In this document: positions 15,944-27,617 of the stretch, piece by piece
Layout of the letters: every line of letters begins with the position of its first letter
Numbering within the stretch: the first letter of the stretch is position 1
Assembly (NCBI GenBank): GCA_049314455.1
Contig: JBMOFC010000007.1
Coordinates: forward strand, 631-64,630
Source of the DNA: Chthoniobacterales bacterium
GTDB lineage: Bacteria > Verrucomicrobiota > Verrucomicrobiia > Chthoniobacterales > UBA6821
Reading direction: 5' to 3'
Length of the DNA: 64,000 nucleotides
Made by a program: the position numbers and the translations under genes
The notes under the pieces: generated by a model
What the model was told of the DNA's origin: nothing
What the model saw: the letters and a program-made list of their open reading frames with translations, nothing else
Database searches by the model: none

Positions 15944-16441
15944 ATGATAAAAAATAAAATAGCATCCTCCTTAATGACAGCCCTGCTTTTGATTGCTAGT
16001 GCTTGCATTGCTCGATCAGAAGACGCAGGAGAATCGATGGATGGTTATAAGAATGCCAATTTTTGCGTGAGCAAGGAGGTGATTTCTTCATTAGATCACA
16101 TATCGTTACCACAGTCTTTTTGTCCTCCTTATTCTGCTGAATATTGTTTTTCTGTTTCTCTTGATTTGGATGGTTACAATGAAATGACTCGAGATGAAAA
16201 AGAGGGATCTTGGAAACGCACAAATCCTAATGCTCTTCCTCCTGTCTACCTTGATTTGACGAAGACTGATCAGATTGATTCAGCTATTTTTACTAAAGTT
16301 TCTTCTTTCGGGTCTTTCGGGAAATATTACGTTTTTGCTGTAAAATCTTCAGGCCAGCTACGCCTTACCTTTGAGGGTGATGTTAATGCTGATGGAAAAA
16401 TCAGGCACATCGTCGTCGAGGAGACTGCTACGTTTGAATAG
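15944..16441 (+). CDS. Secreted hypothetical protein
   Basis: 165-aa ORF with signal peptide (LMTALLLIASACIARSED), followed by a clear terminator. Confidence 0.5.
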   Translation: MIKNKIASSLMTALLLIASACIARSEDAGESMDGYKNANFCVSKEVISSLDHISLPQSFCPPYSAEYCFSVSLDLDGYNEMTRDEKEGSWKRTNPNALPPVYLDLTKTDQIDSAIFTKVSSFGSFGKYYVFAVKSSGQLRLTFEGDVNADGKIRHIVVEETATFE

Positions 16442-16465
16442 TCATTTTATTTTTCAATGATTTGA

Positions 16466-18537
<2,072 letters not shown>

Positions 18538-18538
<1 letters not shown>

Positions 18539-18765
18539 AAGAAATTCACAGCGATGAAACAACAAAGAATTTAACAGAGATGGAAGGGATAAAAGGGATA
18601 AAAAAATGATAGAAATACAAAGCACGCATCTCGTTTTTAAAATTTCAACGCTAGCAGCAAATTTGAAAATCGATGTTTTAAATCTTTCAGTCATCCCTTT
18701 TATCCCTTCCATCCCTGTTCAATCTTATGAGTTTTTAATTTTTTATCTCTGTGAATTCTTTCTTC
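18538..18765 (+). repeat. Junction inverted repeat thiC -> next gene (purine-rich arm, 93-nt spacer, pyrimidine-rich arm)
   Basis: The inner arms are perfect 21-mers: GATGGAAGGGATAAAAGGGAT (18579-18599) and ATCCCTTTTATCCCTTCCATC (18693-18713). The outer arms AGAAATTCACAGCGAT and ATCTCTGTGAATTCT are near-complementary. The left arm starts at the thiC stop, and the right arm contains the GTG start of 18751. Confidence 0.8.
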
Positions 18766-19758
18766 CAAAAACTCACCGATTTTCTTGAGGAAGAAGTAGC
18801 GCCACGTGCTCATCGTCTCGATGAAGAGGAAGTTATCTTTCGTGAAGTTTATGATCGTTTTGTAAAGCTCGGTGGTCTCTATCTTCTGATTCCAAGAGAT
18901 CTTGGAGGTCTTGGTGGTGAGCGACGAGAGTGGATTGAGTACAATGTATTGATGGCTCAATATTCGGGAGCGCTGCTTTTTCTTCAAGCACAGCATCAGT
19001 TCTGCATCTCACGGCTTAAAAAATTATTGCCTCATGCTGGTGTTGAAGAACTATTCAGATTCCTATCCTCGAAAAATCAAGGGATTGGCTTGGCCTTGCA
19101 AAAAAACAAAAATCTTCTGCGTGTTGAAAAAACAGTAGAAGGATATCGCTTGTCGGGAACATTTCTTTGGGCCACAGGGCACGGTTTTTTTCCTAGGCTC
19201 TTGGTTTCCTTTGAACATGAGGAAACACTTTTTTACACATTGATTCCTTTTGGTGAAGCGGAAAAAGAAGGGGGATCGATCCGTCTCTCTTCGAAAATAG
19301 AAACTATTGTGTTTAACGCTGTGCCCAGTCATAGACTGATCCTGGATCGGTGGTTCATTACAAAGAATGATCTTCTGGCGATGCATCCTGTGTTGCCAAA
19401 GACTCCCGTCGAACATCCCTCCATCTATAATATGGCAGGCGTTTCAAAAGCATTGCTCCACCTCACTCTTCAAGGACAATACGGCTCTACTCCAGAGGTT
19501 CTTGAGAATCATGAGGTGTTACAAAAACGATGGAACGGCTATTATCAACAGATCTTAGAAGGAAGCCATGATCCTCTTATTATGCGTGTGACGGGACTGC
19601 GACTTGCTGAAGAATCTGCCTTGCTCGCACGATTTGCATGCGGGGCTGCGAGCATTTTAAAAGAGCATCCGATCAATAGACTGATTCGAGAAATCTGGCA
19701 ATACACTGTGGCGGGGTACTCGGAAGAGCAGCGTCAGGCTTATTTAAGAAACTTTTAA
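18751..19758 (+). CDS. Acyl-CoA dehydrogenase-like protein (divergent)
   Basis: 335 aa. The N-terminus EEVAPRAHRLDEEEVIFREVYDRFVKLGGLYLLIPRDLGGLG and the middle segment GYRLSGTFLWATG resemble the ACAD fold pattern. This is a weak, motif-level call with a GTG start. Confidence 0.4.
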   Translation: MNSFFQKLTDFLEEEVAPRAHRLDEEEVIFREVYDRFVKLGGLYLLIPRDLGGLGGERREWIEYNVLMAQYSGALLFLQAQHQFCISRLKKLLPHAGVEELFRFLSSKNQGIGLALQKNKNLLRVEKTVEGYRLSGTFLWATGHGFFPRLLVSFEHEETLFYTLIPFGEAEKEGGSIRLSSKIETIVFNAVPSHRLILDRWFITKNDLLAMHPVLPKTPVEHPSIYNMAGVSKALLHLTLQGQYGSTPEVLENHEVLQKRWNGYYQQILEGSHDPLIMRVTGLRLAEESALLARFACGAASILKEHPINRLIREIWQYTVAGYSEEQRQAYLRNF

Positions 19759-19842
19759 GCTTTTTCCGCTTATTCCGAGTAATGGTAAAAAAAAGAACGT
19801 TCCATTTGACAATGATTTTTTTTGTGTAATGTTCTACCCATC

Positions 19843-20742
19843 ATGAAACGACTGAACTCACTGACTACCCTCATTTTTGGACTCATCACATTCTTAGCTT
19901 CCTTTCTTCCCGTGGAGCTAAGAGCTCAAGCCGTCACAGTTCCTAAGCATGTCGGTACACAGAATCTATATAAAATTGGCACACAAGAGCATCCTGTGTA
20001 CGCTCTCGAGTACAACATTTTTTTAAATAAGCAGGCTGCTTATGATGATGAAATTTCTGAATATTTCGATAGGACCTTTATGACAGCTGAAAATCCTTAT
20101 CTTAAGGATGGCCAGATAAAACCAGGGATTGTAGCTTCTATTTACCGTTTAGGATTTGCCCCCAATTATACCTACGCTGTCATCAACGGACATGAATGCG
20201 ATATCATTGATGGTGTTTACTCAAACAAGATACAAAAAGAATTTAATGCATGGAGAGAGGGTCCTGAATGGACAAAAAATCCTACGCTTGCAGAAGATTG
20301 TCGTTATATCTGGTCCTTGATTCGTACAGGTTCTCATGATAGTGAAGATGCAAAAAATCTAAGGGATAAGTATCCACAAGCTCAGGATTTATTTCACAAT
20401 TTTGATACTGCTTGTTGCCCCGCTAAGTATTATACGACCGGACCTGATTCTGATTACTTAAGTTATGCCGATTGTTTTGCTAGTTGCGATGTTAATGCTC
20501 AAGTTTGGACAAAAAGGATTTTGATTCTTCCTGCCATTACTAAAAATTCGGAGGGGGATAATGAGCCACGTCCAAAAGATCAAATAACATCTATTGAGCC
20601 TGTTTCAGGGCAGCAAGAGCTTCGGTTTGGCTCAGAGCTAGACTTGGATACTAATCACTTTTCAGATCAGCAATTCAGTAATCGTACTTCTGAAGCATAC
20701 AAACCTTCTGATCTGGCTATTGGAAGAACTCCTGCCAAATAG
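19843..20742 (+). CDS. Secreted hypothetical protein
   Basis: ORF with signal peptide MKRLNSLTTLIFGLITFLASFLPVELRAQA and several Cys residues. Start is placed at ATG 19843 rather than TTG 19822. Confidence 0.5.
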   Translation: MKRLNSLTTLIFGLITFLASFLPVELRAQAVTVPKHVGTQNLYKIGTQEHPVYALEYNIFLNKQAAYDDEISEYFDRTFMTAENPYLKDGQIKPGIVASIYRLGFAPNYTYAVINGHECDIIDGVYSNKIQKEFNAWREGPEWTKNPTLAEDCRYIWSLIRTGSHDSEDAKNLRDKYPQAQDLFHNFDTACCPAKYYTTGPDSDYLSYADCFASCDVNAQVWTKRILILPAITKNSEGDNEPRPKDQITSIEPVSGQQELRFGSELDLDTNHFSDQQFSNRTSEAYKPSDLAIGRTPAK

Positions 20743-20777
20743 TAATACCCCTTGGTGATTAGGTTAAAGAGCTGCTT

Positions 20778-22646
20778 TTACCCGCAAACGATAAGATCAA
20801 TATCTTCAGGAATATTTTTTGAAAGATTTTTGATGACATCACCTCGAAGCATCTTGATGAAAGTTCCGCGTTGTGGAGCTCCAATGATGAGACGCTCTGC
20901 TCCTATGGTTGAGGCGATATCAATAATAGTATCTTGAGGAGAGTCGCTGACGGCATAGCAAGGAAAAATTGTTTCTCCTAATCCTTGGTCCTTTAAACTT
21001 TCAAAAATCACGCGCGCTTTTGGATCTTCTTGCCATTTTCTTTTTTGATCTTCAGCAGTGATGACCGGTTGCTGCCGTACAAACAAAACGTAAAGAGGAT
21101 GACCTGCTTCACGAGCTTCTCTTACTGCGAAATCGAGTGTTCGACCTTTTCTACGCACTGCTGCCAAAATAGGACGGACATGGTCTTTTATCTTTTTTTG
21201 CAGTTCATGGCTCATCTGAGCATCTCCGAAGCTGTGTTGCATGATAGGAACAAACGCATCATTGCTCTTAAAATGGGTTGTCTGATCTAACCCGGATATT
21301 TCAGTAGCTTTGCGTGCAGCATATTCTTTTGCGAGGCTTCGTAGGATGAGGCCAACAGCCAAAATAGTAATTGCAAAAAGACGCGCCTGTGGCTTTTCAA
21401 TAAAGAGGGTGACTTCAATCGAAAATAATACTCCAAAAGTCACCAGCATCAGTAAGCGTTCGCGTCTTGAAATGGAAAGTTTTGAGTCAGAGGCCGTGGC
21501 TCCTAAATTCGTAGCAATCGCTCCCACTACGCCAACAGCATAAAGGTCTGCTAGGGCTGCTACATCTCCCACAAAAACGACAAGTGCAGCAGGAAGAAGC
21601 GTCATCATCAGCAAGGCAATATGGGGAACGCCAAAGGGATTGAGCTTTGCAAAGAGAGGCGGTAGTTCTTTGTCCTGAGCCATCAAGAAAGAAATCGCAA
21701 TGAGATCAAGGATGGCGGTATTCACCGCTGAGAGTAGAAGAAGACCAAAGGTGATACTCACAGCCCAGCCTGCAATGATCCCACAAGTAGGTCCTAATGC
21801 GCTTCCCACAAAAATTTCTCCCATGTAGCGCAGCATGTAGTCACGGACTCCTTCTGCTCCAGGAGCATTGACATCACCATGAACGACGGTGAGACCAGGA
21901 AGTGCTAGCATGGCTATTCCCAGGAAGGAGGTGAAGATTACCACCTCTAGTAGCACTAATGAGATGGCTCTTGTAGATGTTTTTTTTACCGAAGGAGCGG
22001 CAAGAGAACTTCCAGGATCTAACTTCATGATTCCTGTAGAATTGGCCACAGCTTCCACTCCAGATAAGGCAAGTACTATGCCGACAAAACCAATCCAGTT
22101 TTGGTGCAGATTACCATGTAAGGGTTGGAGATGGGACCATGCTGCGCCCAAATGAGGCAGCGAAAAAAGCGCAAGCATCATGACAACCAGTGCGGTTGGT
22201 ACGGAAATCAGCAGAGCCAAGGATCCTGTTTTACGGGGTCCAAAAATATTTAAAAAACCAATGATCAAAATCACCCCTCCTGCACAGTAAGCGGGATGAG
22301 GAGTTCCTAAGTATTGAAACGCAGAGAGAGCACTCAAAGCAGCAGTGACGAGATAATCTGCAATTAAAAGAAAGGCCCCAACAATAGAAATCACCTCAGA
22401 ACGATGACGTACACTCGCATAGACACCACCGCCATTGGGATAGAGGCGGCAGATGGTCATGTAGTTGATTCCAACTAGTCCGGTCAGCAAACACATTGGA
22501 AGAATCAGCCAAAACGAGCTATAACCTGCAACAGCAAAGGCCAATCCTAGAACATAAGCCTTACTTGTTCCCCAGTCGCCATAGAGAATAGCAGCAGCTC
22601 GTGGCCAATCAACATTACGAGGACGAGATGTGCCAATAGTTGTCAT
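20778..22646 (-). CDS. APC-superfamily permease fused to a C-terminal universal stress protein (USP) domain
   Basis: 622 aa with ~12 TM segments (ILYGDWGTSKAYVLG, NGGGVYASV). The C-terminal ~150 aa look USP-like (ILAAVRRKGRTLDFAVREAREAGHPLYVLFV...LIIGAPQRG). Confidence 0.7.
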   Translation of the reverse strand: MTTIGTSRPRNVDWPRAAAILYGDWGTSKAYVLGLAFAVAGYSSFWLILPMCLLTGLVGINYMTICRLYPNGGGVYASVRHRSEVISIVGAFLLIADYLVTAALSALSAFQYLGTPHPAYCAGGVILIIGFLNIFGPRKTGSLALLISVPTALVVMMLALFSLPHLGAAWSHLQPLHGNLHQNWIGFVGIVLALSGVEAVANSTGIMKLDPGSSLAAPSVKKTSTRAISLVLLEVVIFTSFLGIAMLALPGLTVVHGDVNAPGAEGVRDYMLRYMGEIFVGSALGPTCGIIAGWAVSITFGLLLLSAVNTAILDLIAISFLMAQDKELPPLFAKLNPFGVPHIALLMMTLLPAALVVFVGDVAALADLYAVGVVGAIATNLGATASDSKLSISRRERLLMLVTFGVLFSIEVTLFIEKPQARLFAITILAVGLILRSLAKEYAARKATEISGLDQTTHFKSNDAFVPIMQHSFGDAQMSHELQKKIKDHVRPILAAVRRKGRTLDFAVREAREAGHPLYVLFVRQQPVITAEDQKRKWQEDPKARVIFESLKDQGLGETIFPCYAVSDSPQDTIIDIASTIGAERLIIGAPQRGTFIKMLRGDVIKNLSKNIPEDIDLIVCG

Positions 22647-22779
22647 AGTCTATTGCATCTCCATTTTTTTAAACAAATGAAGATGAGTTGAAGTTAAAAA
22701 TGGAAGCAGTAAGAAAACATCTATTCAGAATAGTGGATGCCAGAAAATTTCTTATATTGCGATTCTATTACGTCTATTT

Positions 22780-24135
22780 TCAAACTATTATTTTCTTGCC
22801 CATTCTCTTGAACGAGTGCGATGTAAGTTTAATGCATTCAAACTGTTTTAATTGTTGAGCCAGTTCCGGAGAAACGGTCGCATGTACAATGCTCATCCCT
22901 TCGTTGTAGTCTAGGCTAGTGACATAACCTGCACGGTAGATCTTGGCCAGGAGAGCACTTTCACTTGGAGGTAGGGCATAGCATCCATGTGTGTATTTTG
23001 CTGCAAGGCGATTTTGTAGAGCAGCTATGAATTCTTTCATGCCATAGCCTCTGAGGGCTGAAATGGCAACACTTCCAGGGAAGCGGGACAATTGTTTTTC
23101 GAGGAGCGCCGGATGAGGGAGTTGATCCATTTTATTAAAAACGAGTAACGTCTCTTTCTGAGCAGCGCCCAGTTCTGCAAGAATCTTTTCGACAGCCTCG
23201 ATTTGCTCGAGGTATTGAGGGTGGCTCAAATCGACTACATGAATCAAGAGGTCAGCAAGCTCCACTTCTTCCAAAGTCGCTTTGAAGGACTCGATGAGTG
23301 TGTGAGGTAATTTACGAATAAAACCAACCGTGTCCGTGATTAAAATTTTTTGATGATTAGGAAGAACAAAGTGCCGAGTCGTGGGATCAAGTGTAGCAAA
23401 GAGTTTGTCTTCTGCCAAAACTTCAGCGCGGGTGAGGAGATTGAGGAGTGATGATTTTCCGACATTCGTATAACCAACTAAAGAAACCAAAGGCCACGCA
23501 CGACGCAAACGACCTTCGCGCTGAGTGGTACGGACGCGGCGTACGCCACGAAGATCTTCTTTCAATCGAGAGATACGTTCTTGCACACGACGTCGATCGA
23601 CTTCCAGCTGTGTTTCTCCAGGACCACGTGTTCCAATCCCTCCCGTCTGACGCGAAAGATGTCCCCACATGCGTGTGAGGCGTGGTAATAAATATTGCAA
23701 CTGGGCAAGCTCCACTTGCAGGCGTCCTTCACGCGAGCGAGCACGAGCCGCAAAAATATCGAGGATCAGTTGGGTGCGATCCAGAACCTTGCGCGATAAA
23801 AGAAGCTCTAGATTACGTCCTTGAGCGGGTGTTAATTCGTCGTCGAAAATAAGAGAGGTCGCTTCGTGCTGTGTGGCAAGAGAGACGAGCTCTTCTGCTT
23901 TTCCTTTCCCGATGTAATAAGGAGCGCTCGGATGATCTAATTTTTGAGTAACGATTTCTACCACTTCAGCGCCAGCTGTGCGTGCCAATTCTCCGAGTTC
24001 TTGGAGCGATTCTAAGAGCTCCCATCTGGTACTTCCTGCGCGTTCTAATCCAACCAGGATTGTTTTTTCAACGGATGTTTTTTTAAAAGAGGGAAGTAAA
24101 TGTGATGGCATGCTTCTATTTGTATTCTCCTGCAT
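22780..24135 (-). CDS. hflX: GTPase HflX
   Basis: HflX N-domain and G-domain (VSLVGYTNVGKSSLLN, DTVGFI, NKMD). The start is uncertain (ATG at 24135 or 24111). The longest ORF from 24198 adds a hydrophobic stretch that is unlikely to be real. Confidence 0.9.
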   Translation of the reverse strand: MQENTNRSMPSHLLPSFKKTSVEKTILVGLERAGSTRWELLESLQELGELARTAGAEVVEIVTQKLDHPSAPYYIGKGKAEELVSLATQHEATSLIFDDELTPAQGRNLELLLSRKVLDRTQLILDIFAARARSREGRLQVELAQLQYLLPRLTRMWGHLSRQTGGIGTRGPGETQLEVDRRRVQERISRLKEDLRGVRRVRTTQREGRLRRAWPLVSLVGYTNVGKSSLLNLLTRAEVLAEDKLFATLDPTTRHFVLPNHQKILITDTVGFIRKLPHTLIESFKATLEEVELADLLIHVVDLSHPQYLEQIEAVEKILAELGAAQKETLLVFNKMDQLPHPALLEKQLSRFPGSVAISALRGYGMKEFIAALQNRLAAKYTHGCYALPPSESALLAKIYRAGYVTSLDYNEGMSIVHATVSPELAQQLKQFECIKLTSHSFKRMGKKIIV

Positions 24136-24248
24136 TGAAAAAGCGCTTGATCGTGTCGGGAAAAAAATTAGGCTTGGAAGAATCAGCTTAAAAAACACAA
24201 CTATCCTTACATGATAGTTTCAACATTAAAAACTAAACTCATTTATTT

Positions 24249-25058
24249 ATGAAACTTATTTCACGATTATCCTCCATGTTCTTAGCAGTATTAACCATGG
24301 CTCTCATGATGATGACTAGCTCTTCTTCTCAGGCACAAACAATACAGTCGTTAGATAAGAAAATCATTACCTTTACCGTTGAGGATTATCGAGAGTTCCA
24401 AAAAGCTACTAATCTAGATCAAGTGGATCAAGATAAGGATGATATTCTGGTAGACCTAAAAGCTGCTAAAACGGATTGGACTGCTCAGCAAGCAGAAGAT
24501 TTCCGTGAGTGGAAAAACAGTAACAAGCAAGGCGTTTTTTACAATTTTCTAGAAAAATCAGAACTCCTGAATGCTATTAAAAATCAAGAAGTATCTGGTA
24601 CTCTTTCTACCCAATGGATCTTAAGTGAAAATAAGGAAGGCGGCCTCCTCCTTTTTGATTCTTCTTCTGGTGATGTCGGTGCACTGAGCCTTTTACAAAC
24701 GAAGCTAATCATAAATAAGCCTAGTTCTAGAAATAATGATGACTCCAGTTCTGTAAATCATACTGATAAAACAACTGATTCATCGTCGAAAACGTCATCA
24801 TCAAATACCACTCAGACTGCTAGTAAAAGTACTACTTGGTTCACGACCAGAAATATGCTTATTGCAGCTGGTGTTACACTCCTTGTCGTTGGTGGTATTG
24901 CCTTTTTCGCGTTAGGAGGTGCTGCAGCTCTTGGTTTGGGCGCTTCAGGTGGAGCTGTAGGAGGAGCTGTAGGAGGAGCAGGAGGAGAAGGTTTAGGTGG
25001 TGCGGCTATTGAGAAAACAGTTGAAGGTGTAACTGATGTAATTGAAGGAGCTCTCTAG
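24249..25058 (+). CDS. Hypothetical protein with signal peptide, Ser-rich linker, one TM and Gly/Ala-rich tail
   Basis: 269-aa ORF with MFLAVLTMALMMMTSSSSQAQ, the TM segment MLIAAGVTLLVVGGIAFFALGG, and GGAVGGAVGGAGGEGLGG. Confidence 0.5.
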   Translation: MKLISRLSSMFLAVLTMALMMMTSSSSQAQTIQSLDKKIITFTVEDYREFQKATNLDQVDQDKDDILVDLKAAKTDWTAQQAEDFREWKNSNKQGVFYNFLEKSELLNAIKNQEVSGTLSTQWILSENKEGGLLLFDSSSGDVGALSLLQTKLIINKPSSRNNDDSSSVNHTDKTTDSSSKTSSSNTTQTASKSTTWFTTRNMLIAAGVTLLVVGGIAFFALGGAAALGLGASGGAVGGAVGGAGGEGLGGAAIEKTVEGVTDVIEGAL

Positions 25059-25215
25059 TGTAATCTACACTGGTATCTTCAAGTAAGCAGCCTAAAGCGT
25101 ACCCGTTCCTGTGAACGGGTGACTCAAAGCTCCATAACGACAGAGCTAACTATTTTTTCTGTTTGGATTCATTCGTGATGGGGTTAAAGCAGTGCTAACA
25201 GGCTAGCTTTAATGT

Positions 25216-26202
25216 TCAGTTTAAGTCCTCCATTCCGCTATTCGGAATGGAGGATTTTTTTTTGAGAAGGGATAAGGTAATAGCTGCTTTTTCAACCGCC
25301 TCCTCCATCGAAGAAAAATCGGAAAGGTTCCAGGGGAGAAAAGTATGTTGATTTTTAAACCAAGTGATCTGCCGCTTCGCATAACGCTTGGTGGCGTGTA
25401 TGATTTTTTCAATAGTGGTTGGCAAAGAAATTTCTCCCCGAAGATGGGTCTGGATCTCTCGTAATCCAAGTGCCATCGAAGCGGTTGCACTCAGGGTTAT
25501 GGATTCTAGTGCCTGAACCTCTTCAATAACTCCATGTTCGAACATGGTTTGAACATGTTTTTCAATGCGTTCATAGAGTTCTTCTCGTTCTCGAAAAAGG
25601 AAAAAACCATGGGCAGGAGGCGAAGATTCTTTTTTCTTTTTCCAGACTGTAGCGAGTGGAGCTCCTGATTGTATCACTATTTCAAGAGCACGTTCGACAC
25701 GACGACGATTTTTCAGATCAATTAAATGTTTGGCTTCGGGATCACATTCTTCTAGGTACGCTACTAATTCTTTGTGTGAATACGACACCAATGATGCTCG
25801 CAGCTCCAGATCTGCTGTAGGAAGAAGATCTAAAGGTAAGATGAGAGAACGAATGTAAAATCCTGTTCCACCAGTGATGATGGGCATGGAACCACGTTGC
25901 TGTATCTGTTGAATAGAGGCCAATGCCATCACACGATAACGAGCAGCATCACACCCCTCTGCGAGTGAAAGCGTTCCAATAAGATGATGAGGCACAACCC
26001 TCTGTTGTGCTTGGCTCGGTTGCGCCGTCAGAATGGGAAGACCGCGATAAAGTTGAAAAGCATCAGCTCCCACAATCTCACCACCAAGCTGGAGTGCCAA
26101 CAAGGTGGCAAATTCCGATTTGCCGACACCTGTTGGGCCGGCGATGTAGATGGGGGTTGTATCGGAAATAACCACTTCTTGGGAGGAGAGGTTTGAGGTC
26201 AT
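25216..26202 (-). CDS. miaA: tRNA dimethylallyltransferase MiaA
   Basis: IYIAGPTGVGKS P-loop and MiaA-like sequence throughout. Start is placed at ATG 26202 (MTSNLSSQ...). The 17 extra codons of the longest ORF (MNTILDPRLRGDDGREV) read through the hairpin repeat at 26215-26238. Confidence 0.9.
   Translation of the reverse strand: MTSNLSSQEVVISDTTPIYIAGPTGVGKSEFATLLALQLGGEIVGADAFQLYRGLPILTAQPSQAQQRVVPHHLIGTLSLAEGCDAARYRVMALASIQQIQQRGSMPIITGGTGFYIRSLILPLDLLPTADLELRASLVSYSHKELVAYLEECDPEAKHLIDLKNRRRVERALEIVIQSGAPLATVWKKKKESSPPAHGFFLFREREELYERIEKHVQTMFEHGVIEEVQALESITLSATASMALGLREIQTHLRGEISLPTTIEKIIHATKRYAKRQITWFKNQHTFLPWNLSDFSSMEEAVEKAAITLSLLKKKSSIPNSGMEDLN
25227..25263 (+). terminator. Rho-independent terminator (plus strand), overlapping the miaA 3' end
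   Basis: CCTCCATTCCG CTAT TCGGAATGGAGG followed by a run of T. Confidence 0.7.
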
Positions 26203-26214
26203 CACTTCCCTTCC

Positions 26215-26238
26215 GTCATCCCCGCGGAGGCGGGGATC
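26215..26238. repeat. Solo GC hairpin repeat GTCATCCCCGCGGAGGCGGGGATC
   Basis: Same hairpin as at 7341-7410, 15671-15694, 32060-32085, 47179-47204 and 55150-55175 (approximate coordinates). Confidence 0.85.
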
Positions 26239-26325
26239 CAGGATGGTGTTCATTTTGATGAGAGTAGGAACGTTACAAAACCCTAACCTCTCTCTTGCTT
26301 CCTAACACTGTTACTGAGCGGATAT

Positions 26326-26907
26326 TTAATGACTTTCCTCCAAGGAAGTTTCAGAATGGCTTTCAGAACGTGATTCTGTGCGATTTGCAGGAATGTCTTT
26401 GGCACCACTGACCACAAGCTTCCGCCCCATGTATTCTTTATCGTGAAGTTCTGTGACGGCACGTTTGGCTTCTTCAAGAACCGTCATTTGGACAAATCCA
26501 AAACCTTTAGAGCGATGCGTATCTCGGTTAGAAACGAGCTCTACGTTTTGAACCTGACCAATGCCACTAAAAAGTTCAAAGAGATCACTCTCTGTGGCAT
26601 CAAAGGAAAGATTGCCAATGTAGAGCCGTGGGCTTGTGACTTCGACACACTCTGGCTTACGAGGAGTCCGAGGTGCTCGTTCTTTGGTAGCACGGTTTGT
26701 TTTGGTGAAGGCTTCCTTTTTAGAGGAATCTTTTTTAGAAGAACCAATTCCAAAAAATCCTAGAATTTTACTAAAGAAACTCACCGGGACAGCCTTAGCG
26801 GGGGCATGATGAGCGGAACGTTGAGGCTTTTTTGACGGTCCTGAAGGACGGCGGCCACCACTGCGTGGACGTGGACTACGGCGTGAAGAAGAGTAGGAAG
26901 CTGACAT
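26326..26907 (-). CDS. RRM-type RNA-binding protein with ~95-aa Arg/Ser/Lys-rich N-terminal extension
   Basis: RNP-2 LYIGNL and RNP-1 KGFGFVQM motifs are present. The N-terminus reads MSASYSSSRRSPRPRSGGRRPSGPSKKPQRS... Confidence 0.8.
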   Translation of the reverse strand: MSASYSSSRRSPRPRSGGRRPSGPSKKPQRSAHHAPAKAVPVSFFSKILGFFGIGSSKKDSSKKEAFTKTNRATKERAPRTPRKPECVEVTSPRLYIGNLSFDATESDLFELFSGIGQVQNVELVSNRDTHRSKGFGFVQMTVLEEAKRAVTELHDKEYMGRKLVVSGAKDIPANRTESRSESHSETSLEESH

Positions 26908-27155
26908 AAGTAAGTATGTTAAATAAGGGAAGTAAGGTGATGATTACTACAGGTAAAAAAGTTTGTAACCACCCCAGTGAAGGTAATGATCAGGTGCATC
27001 GCACCCTTTGTTTTATCATCCCTCGAAAAATCATGAGGGAGTGCCAAAAAATAGGAAGGTCGATATGTTGGAAGATTTTTTTGCAAGAAACAAGAGATGC
27101 TGACTAGAACTGAAGAAAAACCTTAGCGTCCTAGTAAGCAAGCTGTTCGCATGCC

Positions 27156-27320
27156 TATACCTTTTGCGGATGATTTTGAGGAATTTTATAAGTAGGAGTT
27201 ATTGTTTCTGTCAAGGCGTTCCGAGCGAGACGCTATGCGAACATAACGTAAGCGAGGAGAACGCAGCCAGAGGCAATAAGAACTAGTAGAAAATCCTAAA
27301 AATCATTTGTGAAAGGTATA
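27156..27320 (+). ncRNA. Candidate structured RNA or MITE: long imperfect hairpin (55-nt and 53-nt arms, 57-nt loop)
   Basis: Arms are TATACCTTTTGCGGATGATTTTGAGG...TTATTGTTTCTG and CAGAGGCAATAA...CCTAAAAATCATTTGTGAAAGGTATA. A 22-bp basal stem and a 12-bp apical stem form. Within these two stems all six arm differences are G-U pairs if transcribed from the plus strand. Confidence 0.35.
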
Positions 27321-27617
27321 TAATCAAGTCTCACCAACAGAGACACCTGAAACGAAGCAAGTATCATGAAGTAAAAAGGGATAAGAACAAAGCAAAATAT
27401 TTTTGAGAATGCGATTTCAGCTTTCAAAAGCGATCTCAGTTAGCGCGTAATTTCTGAATATCTAAAACATCTTTGCGATGCCTACACATTCTGCGTGCAG
27501 AGCGTATTTTTTAAATTTTGTTGTGGATTGTACGACGCGCCAAAAACTTATTAATCGCAGTGCGTAAAAAAAACTTAAAACTCATTAGAAAAAGCTATGC
27601 TTTGAGACAATACGTTC

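Noticed and set aside
26908-27155. 63-aa ORF 26916-27107, and the possibility of tmRNA, RNase P, SRP or 6S RNA in the 710-bp gap
   Set aside because: The ORF has no supporting features. I could not find the conserved RNase P (GAGGAAAGTCC), tmRNA tag-ORF/3' CCA-arm or SRP (GGAA tetraloop helix 8) signatures by eye. Only the hairpin at 27156-27320 is reported. An Infernal scan is required for certainty.
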